DNA of 64,000 nt from Histomonas meleagridis 2922-C6/04-290x. Its lineage: Eukaryota; Protista; Parabasalia. A program made the position numbers and the translations under genes. The stretch covers positions 186,001-250,000 of the forward strand of contig JAANOX010000207.1 in NCBI GenBank assembly GCA_020184695.1. Reading direction: 5' to 3'. The notes below the pieces were generated by a model. It saw only the letters and a list, made by a program, of their open reading frames with translations, ran no database searches and was not told the DNA's origin. This document shows, in pieces, positions 34,474 through 48,245 of the stretch. Within the stretch, counting starts at the first letter, position 1, and every line of letters starts with the position of its first letter.

Positions 34474-37400
34474 TTGTTGTTCTACGCATTACTTCTTACT
34501 GTTTATTCTTCATCAAGTTATATTAACAACATTTTAACAATTGATGATGAGTCAATAACCACATTAAATCAAACAATTATTGAAGCACATTTAGGTGTTT
34601 CAAATATTAGCGATATCAAAAAATTATATTATATTAAAAAAGGCGTAACTGAAATTGTGAATGAATTATTTAAAAATCAAAACAATTTAGAAGTATTCGA
34701 AATATTACATGAAAATTTAATAACAATTGGAAATAATGCATTTCTTGATTGTACAAACCTCAAAAATATCAAAGTTTCTAGCTCAACAACAATCGGCGAA
34801 TGTTGTTTTTCTAATACTGGTATTCAATCTTTGTATCTTCCAACAGGATTTGTAGTATCTTCTTCTGCATTTAGTAACACATATGCTCTTGCAAATGTAA
34901 CATGTAAAGCAAAAGAAATCATTGATTACGCCTTTCAGGGATCCAGTTTGTCATCTATAACATTCGAAGATACAAAAGATATTGGCGATTATTCATTTTA
35001 CAATTGTAGATCATTAATGTCAGTCACAATACCAAGTTCTGTTGCTTATTTAGGAATTTATGCTTTTTATCTATGTTCAAATATCAAATACGTTATATGG
35101 GATACATCCATTGATATTGCAGAATCTGGATTTAGTGGAGATGTTTCTCTTGTTAATGTAACAATCAATGGAAAAATTAAAGCAATCAGCTTTGATGCTT
35201 TTAATGGATGCAAATCATTGACATCTATTAAATTTCCTTCAACTCTCACTACAATATATTCTTATGCATTTTCATCAACCAATCTCCAATCAATTGATCA
35301 AAATTAATTTTGAATATACAAATCTCAAAAAAATTACTGACAATGTATTTTATAATTGTACTCATTTAACTGATATATCATTTCCCAAAACATTACAATT
35401 TCTTAAATTTAATGCATTCACTTTGTGCAGACAGTTAACAAGCGTTAAATTCCATAACTCAACAAATCCCATTACATTTGATCAAGATGTATTTTCTTTG
35501 TGTGAAAAATTAAATGAAATTTCAATTCCAGAAAACTCAACATATTATGAGAATACATTTCCTGATAATTGCAAAGTTACTTTCTTTCCCACTGTTTTAG
35601 AAGAAAGTTATAATTATTTTGTTAATGGAACTTTAAACATTAATGATACGTTAGAAACAGTAACACTTGAAATGATAAATTATATTTTAAATGATAAACA
35701 TATAAATGAAGTTCTCAAACTTTATATAATGGGATCTATTCAATACATTGAAAATGGTTTATTTGAAAATCAAAATAATTTACGATATATCGAAATTTCA
35801 AGTCGCAATTTAATACGAATTGGAGACAGAGCATTTTATGGCTGTACTGGGCTTCTTGGAATTAATATTACCAATGTAAGTATTATTAATAGCTATGCAT
35901 TTTCAACTGCATCTTCAAATAATAGTTTAATATTAATTTTACCTGAAGGATTAAATGAAATTGGAGAATATGCGTTTGAAAATTTCACTGTAAAAGAAGT
36001 AATATTGCCAACTTCATTAAAAATACTTCCAAACTATTGTTTTAGCAAAAGTTCTATATTTAATATTAATTTAGAATATATCGAAACTATTGGAAAACAT
36101 TGTTTCGATAATACAAATATTCAAATAATTATTCTTCATCAAAATATGACTGTAAATGAATATGCATTTTGTAATACAAAAATGTTAAATATTGTTGAAT
36201 GTGAATTATATAAATTATCAAATTATACATTTTATAATAGTTCAATAAGTTCTATTAATTTATCATCTGTATCAGAAATTGGAAGTTTTTGTTTTGCTTA
36301 TTCTGGACTTATATCAATTGAATTACCATCATCAATTAAAAATTTGGGGAAAATGTTTTTGAATTTACAACTTCTCTTCAATCTGCTCATATTAAATGTA
36401 ATTATATACCAGAGTATACATTTTATTGTTCTGGAATTCAAACAATTGAGTTATCTAATGATGTTCAATCGATTGGAAGTTTTGCATTTAAATATACAAA
36501 TTTAAGTAATATAACTTTTCCTAATTCAGTTCAAACACTTGGAGAATATATTTTTGAAGGTTCTAAAATTAATTTTTTATATTATAATTTAAATATTAAT
36601 ATCCCAATTGGAAAAATGTATAATGCAAATTCTTTAGAAACAGTAATAATTAATTCAAATATTAAAACTATTGAACAAAACTCATTTTCTTTATGTTATT
36701 CATTAAAAACATTAAAACTTCCAAATTCTTTATATAATATTTCGTCAAATGCATTTCAAAACATTAATATTACTTCTCTTGATCTTTCACATACAAATAT
36801 TTCTTTTATTGGATCAAACGCATTTTGTGATTGCACATCAATTCGAAATATTTCTTTCCCTTCAACTGTAACACGAATATGCGAAAGTGCATTCTGTAAT
36901 TGTAAATCGCTTAAATCTTTAGAGTTTATTGATATTGAATTAGCACTTCCAATTATATTCGAAAACAATGCATTTAAGAATTGTTTAAATTTGCCTAATT
37001 CAATTATAGTTCCTGATAACTCAAAATATGAAAATAGTTCTTTTCCAGATTATGTTTTAGTTAATTTATATCAAACAAATACATTTACACAATCAATTAC
37101 ATTTTCAGGATCAAATACATTTACACAATCAAATACTTTTTCGAACTTGTATACATTTACAGAAACAAATGAATATACTGAATCAAGTTTATATGTAATT
37201 TCTGTTTTTTCGATGTTATTTAGCGATACAACTGTTTCAAACACAAATGTTATCACTTACGATATTATAAGTTCCAAAATTTCTTCTGAATCCAAAACGC
37301 ATTCATTCACATTAATTTGTTCCATATCTGTAACTATTTCTTTTAGCGCATTTGGCACTTCAAATTTATGTACTTTCTTATAATAATTTAAATTCTTTTT

Positions 37401-37726
37401 ATTCAAAGACGCAATTTATTTATTATGAATATACAATTGTTCTCTTTTCAACTTATATAAGTTATTACTCCAATTTCTTTACTGTTTATAAAAATGATTT
37501 TAACGATTCTAAAACAATTTCAAAAGGATTAATAATTGGTGTATGCTGTGTGTCTGCTGCAATTGTTCTAATAATTGTTGGAATTGTCGTATTTTTGGTT
37601 CGACGCTCAAAGGAAAGAAGTGTTTCAAGAAGAACTTCTGATGTGGAAACTGAAAAAGAAATGTTTGCTGAAGTAGACAATGATATACAATCTCTGGTGA
37701 AAAAGGATAAAGATCAATGGCTATGA
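34474..37726 (+). pseudogene. Large BspA-like LRR surface protein, split by frameshifts into four ORFs
   Basis: Hydrophobic N-terminus, many IGxxAFxxCxxL repeats, SxxFT stalk repeats, TM LIIGVCCVSAAIVLIIVGIVVFLV and acidic tail ending DKDQWL. Confidence 0.85.
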
Positions 37727-38378
37727 TGTATCGAAAGAAATAATTTCATATATATATGAATAACCACATAATAACAAAAATAAAAAGACTTTGCAATGCG
37801 TGTATACATTTATTTTGAATTCGATTTAATCGTATTTCCGAGTTTTTGTATTACTGTCAACTTCAATTTTTACGGTTATTTTCAAAAGTATTCTCACCTG
37901 GTGATTAAGGATGAAGTTCTATTGATAATTATTAAAACATGATTTTTCCCCACTTAAATAGAATTTTGAAAGCTCATTTCTATTGTGTTTATATTCCATT
38001 TATTATTATATGATTGATATAAATCGAATTGCATATCATCTAATTACTGAAAAATTGTTTTCCATGAAATCAGTAAGCGCTATTTTGGGATTTAGTAAAT
38101 ACTATCATTGGGAAATATATACATGTAAAATATAAAATAATCCAGAAAATTCAGTTTTTTATGGCTTTTTAATCTCTCATCTGTACTTCCTGCGCAGGAA
38201 CTTACAAATCAGTTAGTATGGAATTTAAACCACAATAGAATGGTTATATTTTGAGTTTGGAATAATGTTAATGTTATCTCAAAACTCTTTTGCTCCTTTC
38301 CATAGACACATGTTAACATTTTGAAAAATTTACGTTTTGATTCTATAACAATTTCATTAATTTCTTATTTTAGTTAAG

Positions 38379-39771
38379 TTAATTACCTTCTTGACCGAAT
38401 TCTTTTGTCCATTTCTCATATTGAATGAGGTCTTGTTTAGAAACTGATGGGCGCACTTTTTGGATACTCTGGCGGAAGTCATCTATCGTTAGCGAAGGAG
38501 GCTTGAGCATCGCCAATTGCGCTGGCGACATTTCGAGGACTGTCATGTGCATTGAGCCTGGCGTGCCCGGGTTACATGGGTATAATTGCCCTTGATATTC
38601 AACAAAGTTTTCTGCTTGTTGGATACGGTTCACTGGCGCCATAGCTGCATCGCGTGCCAAAATGTTCATATCTGCACCTGAATATCCGTCTGTCAAACGC
38701 GCAATTTCTTGAATGTCTTGTTCAGTTAAATCTGATGGTGTACCTTTGGTCTTAAGTCTTACAAGCGCAAGACGTGCTTCATAATCTGGCAATGGAATAT
38801 AAATTTTTCTTTTTCGAAACGTCGCCTAACTGCTGGATCGAGACCCCATGGAATGTTTGTAGCTGCAAGAATTAATATACCTGTCATAGACTTGCCAACG
38901 CCATCCATTTGAATCAAAAATTCGGTCTTAATACGACGTGCACCTTCTGAATCATTCTCTGATCGTTCTGAAAGAAGTGAATCAATTTCATCAATAAAGA
39001 CAATGGCTGGCGCATTATCACGGGCGGTATCAAATAATGCACGAATAAGTTTTTCTGACTCACCAACCCACTTAGAAACAAGATCTGATGTAGAAACTGT
39101 TAAGAAGGTGGAATTGTTAGCTTCTGTGGCTGTGGCTTTGGCTAAAAATGATTTACCTGTACCGGGTGGACCATAAAGAAGAATACCACGCCAAGGTGTT
39201 CGTTGACCTGTAAAGAATTGTGGAATCTTCATAGGCAAAATAACAGCTTGAATCAAATTTCGTTTGGCTTCTTCTAATCCTGCAACATCTGTCCATTTAA
39301 TATTTGGTTTTTCGACAAGAATAGCGCTAGAAATTTTATCTTTGAATTCGCCACTTTCATCATCTTTCTTATTACCGCCTTTGCCGCCGCCGGAGCCTTT
39401 ACCGCCGCCACCTCCAGATCCACCGGATCCTCCATGGCCACCTGAACCACCATTGCCTCCACTTCCACCACCCGGGCGTGCTTTTGATGTTCCACCACCT
39501 GAACTTTCTTGTGCTGGAACTTGTTGGATATTATCTAAAGCACTAGCACGTTCTTCACATTGTTGCATACGTTGAATGCAGCAATCTTTTTAAATTTTTG
39601 GTTCAAAGTAGGTTGATCAGATGCTAACTTAAACTTGGCTTTAGCATTATTATAATATCTTTTGGCTTCAATATAATTGCCTGACCTATCAAATGCTACG
39701 GCATTCTGGAGAAGCTTATTGGCTTCCGTCATGTACATCATGCCATTATCACGGCCGCGACTGTTGTGCAT
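38379..39771 (-). CDS. VPS4: Vps4 AAA+ ATPase (MIT, Gly-rich linker, AAA, beta domain); two single-base frameshifts at A-runs
   Basis: MIT helix pattern; [80 protein letters not shown]; breaks at ~39590 and ~38810. Confidence 0.92.
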
Positions 39772-40228
39772 GTTTTGCGACTTGTTTAAAATATTTTCAA
39801 TTTTTCTTTACAACCGTTTGATCCTAACGGTTAAATTTGTTTGGCCTTGTCACTTTTATAAACGACCCAAAACGGTGATGTAAAATATTCAAAAATAACC
39901 ACAACCAAAAAAGTAATCTAAACCTCCATGACAATTTTTGGAAAACCGCAAAATGTCATTCAAAATGTGGACAAAAAAATACATCGGCGATGCAAGGAAA
40001 TTCAAAAAGCTTGGAAAGTATGGCGCAAAAAAAAAAAAAATAAACGTCAATTCCCGATGTTTTCTCATTGAAAGAAAAGTTAGTCACAAAATTTTGGCTC
40101 TTATACCCAGTTAAGCTAGAGATCCAATTTTTAGAAAAAAATACGATAAATTTTTTGAATCACCGATATATCTATCGTTCGAATAACCAGCAAAAATGAT
40201 ACGATCCGGCAAATCATTTCAAGAATTT

Positions 40229-40800
40229 TTAGATTTGAGAAGTTAATAATTCAACTATTTCATTGTAACCCTTTTGAGTTGCCCACTTAAGTGCTGTTTT
40301 AAATATTTTGAACAATATTTTGATCATTTTAGCTTAAAACACAATCATTGGAAAATATTTTGAATAAATCTCAAATTATAAATATAAATTTTAAACAAAA
40401 TAAATAAAATTTGTTAGTATTACTATTGTTTTGAAATTCAAGAAGCAAATTGGCAATTGTAGTATTTCCTGTATTATTTGCATACATTACTGCTGTAATA
40501 AATAGAATAAATATTTTCCAAATATTATTTTGAAATATAAAATTATTAAAATAAATATTAAATGAAACAATTAAATATTTTTAGCAATAATATCAATTCC
40601 TGTTTGTTCTAGAAGTAATTTAACTATTTCTGTATGACCATTTGAAGATGCATAAATAAGTGCTGTTCAAAATATTTTAAATAATTTCCAAATATTATTT
40701 TGAAATAGAAAATTATTAAAATAAATATTAAATAAAACAAATAAATATTTTTAGCATTAATATCAATTCCTTCTTGCTCTAAAATATATTTAACATATTC
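40229..40800 (-). repeat. Second split-ankyrin cassette: partial first core plus three further cores separated by AT-rich spacers
   Basis: 80-nt spacers at 40667-40746 and 40497-40576, a longer third spacer, and a last core TALKWATQKGYNEIVELLTSQI ending in TAA at 40229-40231. Confidence 0.9.
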
Positions 40801-41659
40801 AAATAAAATAAAATAATTAAAATAAATTTTGAATTCTCATCAAGCCACTTTTTGAATTGAAAAAATTAAAAATAATAATTTCGTTCACAATTTTCAATTC
40901 AATTTAAAATTTTTATAATTGTAATGTTTATTTAAAAAGCGCTCTTGATATCAAATTTCCATTCCAGTTCTTCATTGCTTTAGTTTGTCATTACTTTTGA
41001 ATAGACACAGACCAATAGATAATCCATTTTTTATTTTTTTTTTTGTTCCAACTGAAACATTTGCTGATGATATTGTTTCATCTTCAGCTAATAATGACAT
41101 CTAAAATTTGAAATAAAAAAAAAACCAAAAAACGATATTGAAAATTGTGAGCGAAATTATTATTTTTAATTTTTTCAATTCAAAAAGTGTCTATGATAAT
41201 TACACCTTCGGTCATCGCCTCAAAAAGTTGCCATCATTATTATTATTTGTGAAATATCAAAATAAACTGCGTTTTTAATCTAAGTTACAATTAGAATACG
41301 TATTCACAATATTGAAAGAGAGAAACGATAAAACTTAGTACCCCTGGATGGGGTTTTCCCACAAAAACTTCATTAAATTGAATAAGAATGAAACATAAAT
41401 TTTTAATCTAAGTGATTTGATAAATAATTGACATGTAGTTGGAGGTCGACCAATCATTTTTCCAATTTACACCCATTGAGGCCATACACCTTCCAACATG
41501 CATAAATGTCTAATTTTTCTTGTTCAGTTAGAGGAATTATTTTTTGCATTGGTAAAAAGTAAACGGTACTTAACTCTATCTTTGAAAAATTGACATACCA
41601 TGGTATTAAAACTTAGATTAAAAATTTGAGTTTATTATTAATAATATTATAAAGAATAA

Positions 41660-41770
41660 TTAGATATCTTTAGCATCAATGTTAATTCCGTTTTGTTCAT
41701 AAAGTAAGTCAACCATTTCAAAATATCTATTTGAAACTGCTGAAATTAGGGGTATTATAAATAATTTGAT
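41660..41770 (-). pseudogene. Ankyrin-repeat remnant (ISAVSNRYFEMVDLLYEQNGINIDAKDI)
   Basis: ORF-track translation ends at the same KDI position where the spacers begin elsewhere. Confidence 0.65.
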
Positions 41771-42067
41771 TAAATTACGAATATTGTTATTTAATTGTAA
41801 ATTGTCCAAATATATACAGTTATGAAAAAAAAGTGGTAACGGTAAATTCAAATGAAAAAATAAATTTTTCACGAGATATATTTTATATTTTCATCATTAA
41901 TTATCTAAAAAATATTATATGGTATATGTCATATATCATTTTAGGATTTAAAATGTTATTTTCTCATCACATCATTTGTTTAATTAAGAATTAATAAATT
42001 AAATAATTGATGATTAGTTAATCACCATCAAATGTTTTCTGAGATTTTTCGAAAAAAAATTGTTTAT

Positions 42068-42430
42068 TTATCCATCCCCATTTTTGTGCTTTTTTTCTAG
42101 TAGACATAAATTTCTCTGGATAGTTATAATCCCAAATTTCTTTGAATACATTATAATTTTCAACTTTTTGACGATTTGATATAAAGTAATCAACATCATT
42201 TTTTTTAAAAAAAATACAAATCCAGTATGTTTAAATGAGGCATGGATATTTGTTGAACATGTGCTTAATTCATAAGCTCGAAATATCTGATATAAATGTT
42301 GAAGTTTTGGATGAAATTCATCATTATTTGAAATATATTTTTTGTGATTTCCTAAAATATCAAAAAGTAAACGATCTAATACTTGGAATAAATGAGAAGG
42401 AAGAGGAGTATGAGTAATAACTAAAATCAT
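42068..42430 (-). mobile_element. pogo/Tigger-type (DDE_1) transposase C-terminal remnant
   Basis: TPLPSHLFQVLDRLLF resembles PxHxSHxLQPLDxxxF; NIHASFKHTG resembles IxxxFxxTG. Confidence 0.65.
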
Positions 42431-43127
42431 AAGTTTTGCAAATTTTTTGAATAGATTTTCATGAAAAGTAAGTCTACTTATGATGGAACATTAAAATTTA
42501 ATATTAATAATTTAATTTAATGTATTTATATAAATATATTATTTGAGAAAGTGGCACTGTATATTATGAACAAATGATTTTCTTATGCCAAGATATCGAC
42601 TATACAAATGATTTAAGTTATGATTATACTGTCGAATTTATAAAATTCCTAAATCAAAATACTTCAATTGATGATATTTATAAATTAATACTATATTTTA
42701 CTATCAAAACTATAAATAATGTATTTGATATATGATATATGTAATTTCATGCATAATTTAGTAATAGAAAACGTAAATATATTGGTGTCAAAAGTGATTT
42801 TCATACAAAACCAACTGTATTATATACATATAATTGTAATGAATCTACGTTTAACATACAATTTACATCAGATGATCAACATCCAATATATCCAAGATAT
42901 TGTAGATTTATTATACAACTGATATTTATTTATATTTAATTATAAAAAATCTATTGTATTAATATAAAAGTTTCTGTATAATAAAACTTTTGCAAAAATA
43001 AAGGTTGGTTTCAACATCAGATAATGACCTTATTTTTTTTTATTTGCATATTTCCATCAATTTCTTTATTGGATCATTACTGTCATAACATATATCACTG
43101 TATTTCTCATTAACATGATAATAATAT

Positions 43128-43556
43128 TCACCATTTCTCTCTCAAATTATCTGCAGATTTAATATATACCTCATTTAATATTTTCTCAACTTTGAATTGA
43201 TCTAAATTTTTACCAATATAGCCCATATCATTTAATTTATTATAGTCATCTTCAGATATTAACAAAGAATCTACTATGAAATAATATATATCAGATACTA
43301 ATTTTTTAATATTATTAGTCTTATTATGAAAATAATATAATACGAATCTGGCAAATTGTGTAGATGTATAATGTTCTCTATATGGTTTTATAATGTAGAC
43401 AAGATCATTATCATTATATTTGATAATATATGATGCATATTCTTCAATATATTTATTTATATGTGTGTTATTTAAATATTTCATAGTAAAATTAAATGGT
43501 TTTTTGATAGAATTACCCCAACAACTATTCATTATAAATTTAATAGTAGTTTTCAA
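43128..43556 (-). mobile_element. Polinton/Maverick-like family B DNA polymerase remnant (motifs B and C)
   Basis: TTIKFIMNSCWG (KxxxNSxxG), YYFIVDS (motif C), IGKNLDQFKVE. Confidence 0.8.
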
Positions 43557-43689
43557 TTCATTATGATCTTATTTTAATGACATTCTGCTATTATATAATT
43601 TATCAATAAATTTTTTTATTTTAGTATTTTCACGCTACATGTAGCTCCAACTTATAATTCTCATTAATTCTAACAAAATGAATGACATA

Positions 43690-44170
43690 TTAGACTGATA
43701 GTTAACAGTCAAAGCTATAACCGATACATTAAGTTCCCAAGCAATAGGCGGATATACAATATTAATAAGTTATAGTAATAATGGTAATATAACAGTGAAT
43801 AGTATCAATAATATTTCTACAAATGATAGATCATTAAACACACATGATCATGACGATAGATATCCATCATTAGATCATATTCATAGTGATAATTTAACTA
43901 ATGCTAACTTAGAAGGTATTAATAATAAATTAACCTGAATATATTATAATGAAGAAACAATCACTAATGAAGAACAAGAGAATATGACTGAAAAATTTAC
44001 TTTAATAAATCAAGATCTTATAGTTAATGGTACAATTAATGAGATTAACACAGAAGAAATAGCTTTAGTTCAAGATGGAATTTTATCTCCCGGAGACGCT
44101 ATATCTTCTGAAAATGAGATTAATATATCAACTGTTGACGGAGAACAAAATCATAATTCTTCATTAATTA
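43690..44170 (+). mobile_element. Fibre-like gene fragments of the Polinton-like element
   Basis: NGNITVNSINN..., THDHDDRY.SLDHIH repeats and LINQDLIVNGTIN, paralogous to the 63440 ORF. Confidence 0.6.
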
Positions 44171-44421
44171 GTTTCCCAAATGGTAATCCTATAATAATCT
44201 TGTGGATTTTTCCCAATTTCACAGGGATAGTTCAACCCCAAGCCCATCCCAATGGGAACCCCATTTTTTCAATACTTTATTTAATAAATTTCATTTTTCC
44301 TCTTTAAACCGAAACATTTTCCTCATTTTTATTCACCAAATGAACCTACAAAACTTTCTTTGCTTCACATTCACACAGTAATACTTAAAATATCTTAAAT
44401 CGATGGGTTCGTTTGTCTGAT

Positions 44422-45494
44422 TTACTTCTTATTCTTCTTTTTGTCTTTCTTATCCTTTTTCTCTTTTTTGTCTTTTTCCTTTTTGTCCTTCTTGTCTTCC
44501 TTTTCCTTCTTTTCCTTCTCTGGCGGCTCGCTTACTTTCGCGCTTACATTTTCCTTTTTTTCTGGAATTTCGACAGAATCAAATCCCTTAACTTCGCTAA
44601 TGCCTCGTCTTTATGCTCTGGCGTGAATCCCTGCGCTGAACCATTCGTTTCAAGAATGTATTCCTTGCCATCCTTTCCGATAATGGTATCAATGGAAAAT
44701 GTTTCCATGTCAGGGAACTCTTTTCGGATCTCTTCGACCCACATTCGGTACTTCGGTGTAACTTCGATGTCTTCGCGGACATTAGGCATTCCATGATTAA
44801 CTTTCCAGCCTTGTGAAACGCGTTTATGAGCTGAAATGTAGTCTGGCGCAATGAATGCTATGCGAACTTCGTATTCACTTTCGATTAATGGTTCGGCGGC
44901 GGAATAGTGATTATTGATGGCAACAACTGTCTTAAGATCTTGGAACTGATCGTTTTGTGTGATCTTCATTTTGCCATATCCTGCGTGTGGATATGATACC
45001 TTGACTACAAACGGAAGTGATGGCGTAAATACCATCTCAGTGTAGTCGCTATAATAAGTTTGTGGAATAACAGGAAATGTATCATGCCCAAGTTTGCGTT
45101 GGAGATCACGAAGACGTCCCATCATTATTGGTCGATCAAGATCACAGAGAGTTGCATAAAATGGATTAATAAGTGTAACTCCTGCATGATAAAAACCATA
45201 GAGGATATTCCTATAATCATTGGATGTACCAAGGGGACCAACATAACGGAAAAGCATACGAATAAGAACAACACTTGGTGTAATTACACGTTTCATTTTT
45301 TGTTTTTCTGAAATGGGATACTTCGATGGCATGAGTGTAACATTTACAGAATCGGGAAAAGAAGTTAATGAAATATCTTCCCACATTGCTTGCTCAACGG
45401 TAAAAACATCAGCACATTCTTGGCATACATCATACCAATTTTCTTTAGGGCCAGAAATCACAAGAACAGTTGGAAGGCGTTTTTTCCCTTGCAT
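44422..45494 (-). CDS. Synapsin-like ATP-grasp protein with a K/E/D-rich tail (tail frameshifted at A-runs)
   Basis: VEQAMWEDISL, VLIR, DYRNILYG, FPVIPQTYY, PFVVKVSYPHAGYGKMK, FQDLKTVVA, AEPLI..EYEVRI, WKVNHG, GKDGKEYILE align by eye with synapsin domain C. Confidence 0.88.
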
Positions 45495-46227
45495 CGTCAA
45501 ATTAATTTGTTTACAGGAGCAGGACCACCCCAAAAAGTTGGAACGTTTTGAGTTCAATTGTACCGGTTTTAATTTTTTGAATTGATGTCTATCGTCGGGA
45601 TGTTATGCTCACAATCGGCGCTACTTCGTTATGAAAAGTTTGACTTGCAAGATCACTTTGAAATTCATATTTTTCATATTTCGAAAGTATCCAATATCTA
45701 TTCACTAAGTAATGTATAATCATCATATATAGAAATATAACTAAAAAAAATGGACGATTTCATAATATTGAACAAATGTGTCGAGAATTTCTGGGTCGTA
45801 ATATGTATCACAAAGAATATCATTAATGCCTATATGTTATCATTACTACTGAACTTCGAAACGTCACCATATGAATTTCAGTCTTACCAATTTTTTGGAA
45901 AGTTTCGATTTTTCCTTCGAAAGTAATCATCCTGGCAGAACGATTAAAATTCTCACAAATGTACAAAATGACATTTATTTGATGAGTTGTTGAGTTCTAA
46001 GTAGTTGATTTATGCAATTTTTTGAATTTAAATCATAAGTAAAATAAGAAATGCGGATAATATCCATCAAAAAAACAATGATTTTCTTAAAAATGATCAT
46101 TCCAAAAAAATTTCAATTCTATCGTCAAATTAAAAAACATAATATTAAACATTTGGCAATATGGCTGCATTACCAAAACTTAAATAAAAGCAAAATTATT
46201 AAATTTTGTTTGATGAATTTAGTTTTT

Positions 46228-47305
46228 TTAATTTGCATCAATTATACTTCCAGCAGTTTCTTCAACACATTTACCAAGAAATGAGTTAACTTCCTCGAAT
46301 ATGCTTGTGCTAAAGCAAACAACATAAACATCCAATCCGGAGATCTTGATTACATCCATATTTTCTTCGATTGCTCCGCATATCAAATCAAATGGATTTC
46401 TAAACACGCCACCTCCGAGTAGTGTTAAGTATAATTTATTCGATCCCGGTCTTCCAGGGAATAAAATAGAGTTTTCCCATGCTGCCAAAATAGCCGCCCG
46501 ATATTCAGAGGAAAGTAATCGTTTTTGCCACCATCAAAGTAAACTCATTCTTTCGAACAGTCGTAACAAAGTTAAATGCAGCAGCAAAGATATGGTGGAC
46601 GATTCTGCCTTCCTCAACGAGATAAAATTCACCTTTTTTTGTTTGCGATGTTGTAATTTGACAATTTCTATGAACACCAACTGGATAATTATCAGGATTA
46701 GACCAGTCAAAGTTGCTGGATTCAAAAGCAGTTGTGTCATATATAAGAGGATAACCATGAGAAACTTCAAATGGTGTTCGAGCTAATAATTCAATTTCGG
46801 TTTCAAGTTGGCCAACATTGCCATTTGGTTGCTTAACAAAGTAGTTACGATAAACAATGGCTGGACCAGAGCCTAGGGAACAATATGGTCCTTGGGTACC
46901 ATCATACACATAACGGGTTACCCCATTATGCGCTGTTTGATATGGACTAACAAACTCAAGACAGTTAAAATTAGATGCAGCAAGGTAAGAGGCACCGTCG
47001 TTTTCAGGAAGACCTTGGTTTTGAAGAACATCAATAAGTTCGAAATGTTTGGATAGGTGACTATCACCCTTAATTAAATGAAGCTTACCACCATTGCGAG
47101 GTTGATCTAATAAGTTCTTAAATGAGGAAACTGTGCGAACTTGAAAGTTACCAGCTTTATATTCCTTTCCATTAACTTTTGATCGTAACACTGCTGCATC
47201 ATCGTGTTCAATACACTCAATATTGTCATATATTTTGGAAACATCTTCCTTAAATCCGAAAAGTTTTTCGAACCATTCATGGGGTGGGAACGTCTTGTTT
47301 TCCAT
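46228..47305 (-). CDS. Uncharacterised protein of the WFExLFGFxE / AASxFNxLE / DxTQGP / LLGGGVFxN type; possible macrodomain/PARG-like fold; one frameshift at ~46545
   Basis: ORFs 46505-47305 and 46228-46488 join by removing one A in GCAAAAACG (giving KRLLSSEYRAAILAAWEN). Confidence 0.65.
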
Positions 47306-47699
47306 GGAAATTTGGTAAATTTGAAACTGTCAGTTCACTTTTGATGAATTCAATATTTTACATGTTTTTGCTCAAAAAACATAACCGCTGGGATTTATAA
47401 ACGCCACTTTTTGTAGTTTATTCTATCGTTCTCTATCGTTCATTCCATTGGTATCGGTTTAGACATTGATTCTTTTCTGTCATATTAACTTATATTATTT
47501 ATTTTAGAACATGAGACATTGAGTTTTTGCTTTTACAATTAGAGTCGAGTTGTATGACAATAAGTCCCTTGAAAACAAAAATCACTTGTATCACCCACGG
47601 AAAGAGTTTGGTAGATTCAACATGATTTTTAGATATATTTTGTTTATGATAATAATCGCTTTATAACTCTTTTAAATATGAAATAAAAAAGTCTCTGGT

Positions 47700-48245
47700 G
47701 TATATGATGGTGAAGTTTGTAATATGTTTCGTTGATGATAATGGTGATGTTGCGTTTGGTAAAATTGCAATTACAGGTGGATACACTGAAATTTATCATC
47801 TTTGTGAGAATAATAATAAGGTATTCTATCGAAAATTTCATTTAAGTATAGCAACTGAGTTAATTTTATCAAACATTCCTTCTTCGAATAAATTAAGTTA
47901 TTTAGGTATAAAATATATGAACTCTTTTGATTTCGCATTTTTTCATTTATATTAAATTATAGTATAAAAATTAATGAAAATATTTTAAAGGAATCAGTTA
48001 AATTTGGTAATATATACCTTCTTAAATATTTGTTAAAATCATATGAAATTCCAAAAAATATTTTAATATGTGCATTTTTGGAAAAATAATGAGCTTGTTA
48101 AACTTATTTTAGAAAAAAATGATGTTAATATTAACACTAAAGATCTTTATTCGTTTTATAAGTCGATATTTTAAAATAATATTTGGAAATTTTTTAATAT
48201 TTTATACAGCTATATATGCATCTAAAAAAGGACAAAATAAATTTA
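47700..48245 (+). pseudogene. Decayed DUF3447/ankyrin gene with a shortened (61-nt) spacer
   Basis: AITGGYTEIYHLCE; ELVKLILEKNDVNINTKD, spacer containing ATATTTGGAAAT, then TAIYASKKG. Confidence 0.65.

Noticed and set aside
38187-38200. Isolated 14-bp palindromes (TTCCTGCGCAGGAA here; ACGGGAATTCCCGT at 62844-62857)
   Set aside because: Single, unrelated to each other and without supporting context.
38379-39771. Programmed frameshifting in Vps4 (also the synapsin-like, 46.2-47.3 kb and BspA genes)
   Set aside because: The breaks sit in A/T/G homopolymers, need gains or losses in both directions and do not form in-frame X-XXY-YYZ slippery sites; long-read indel errors are the simplest cause.
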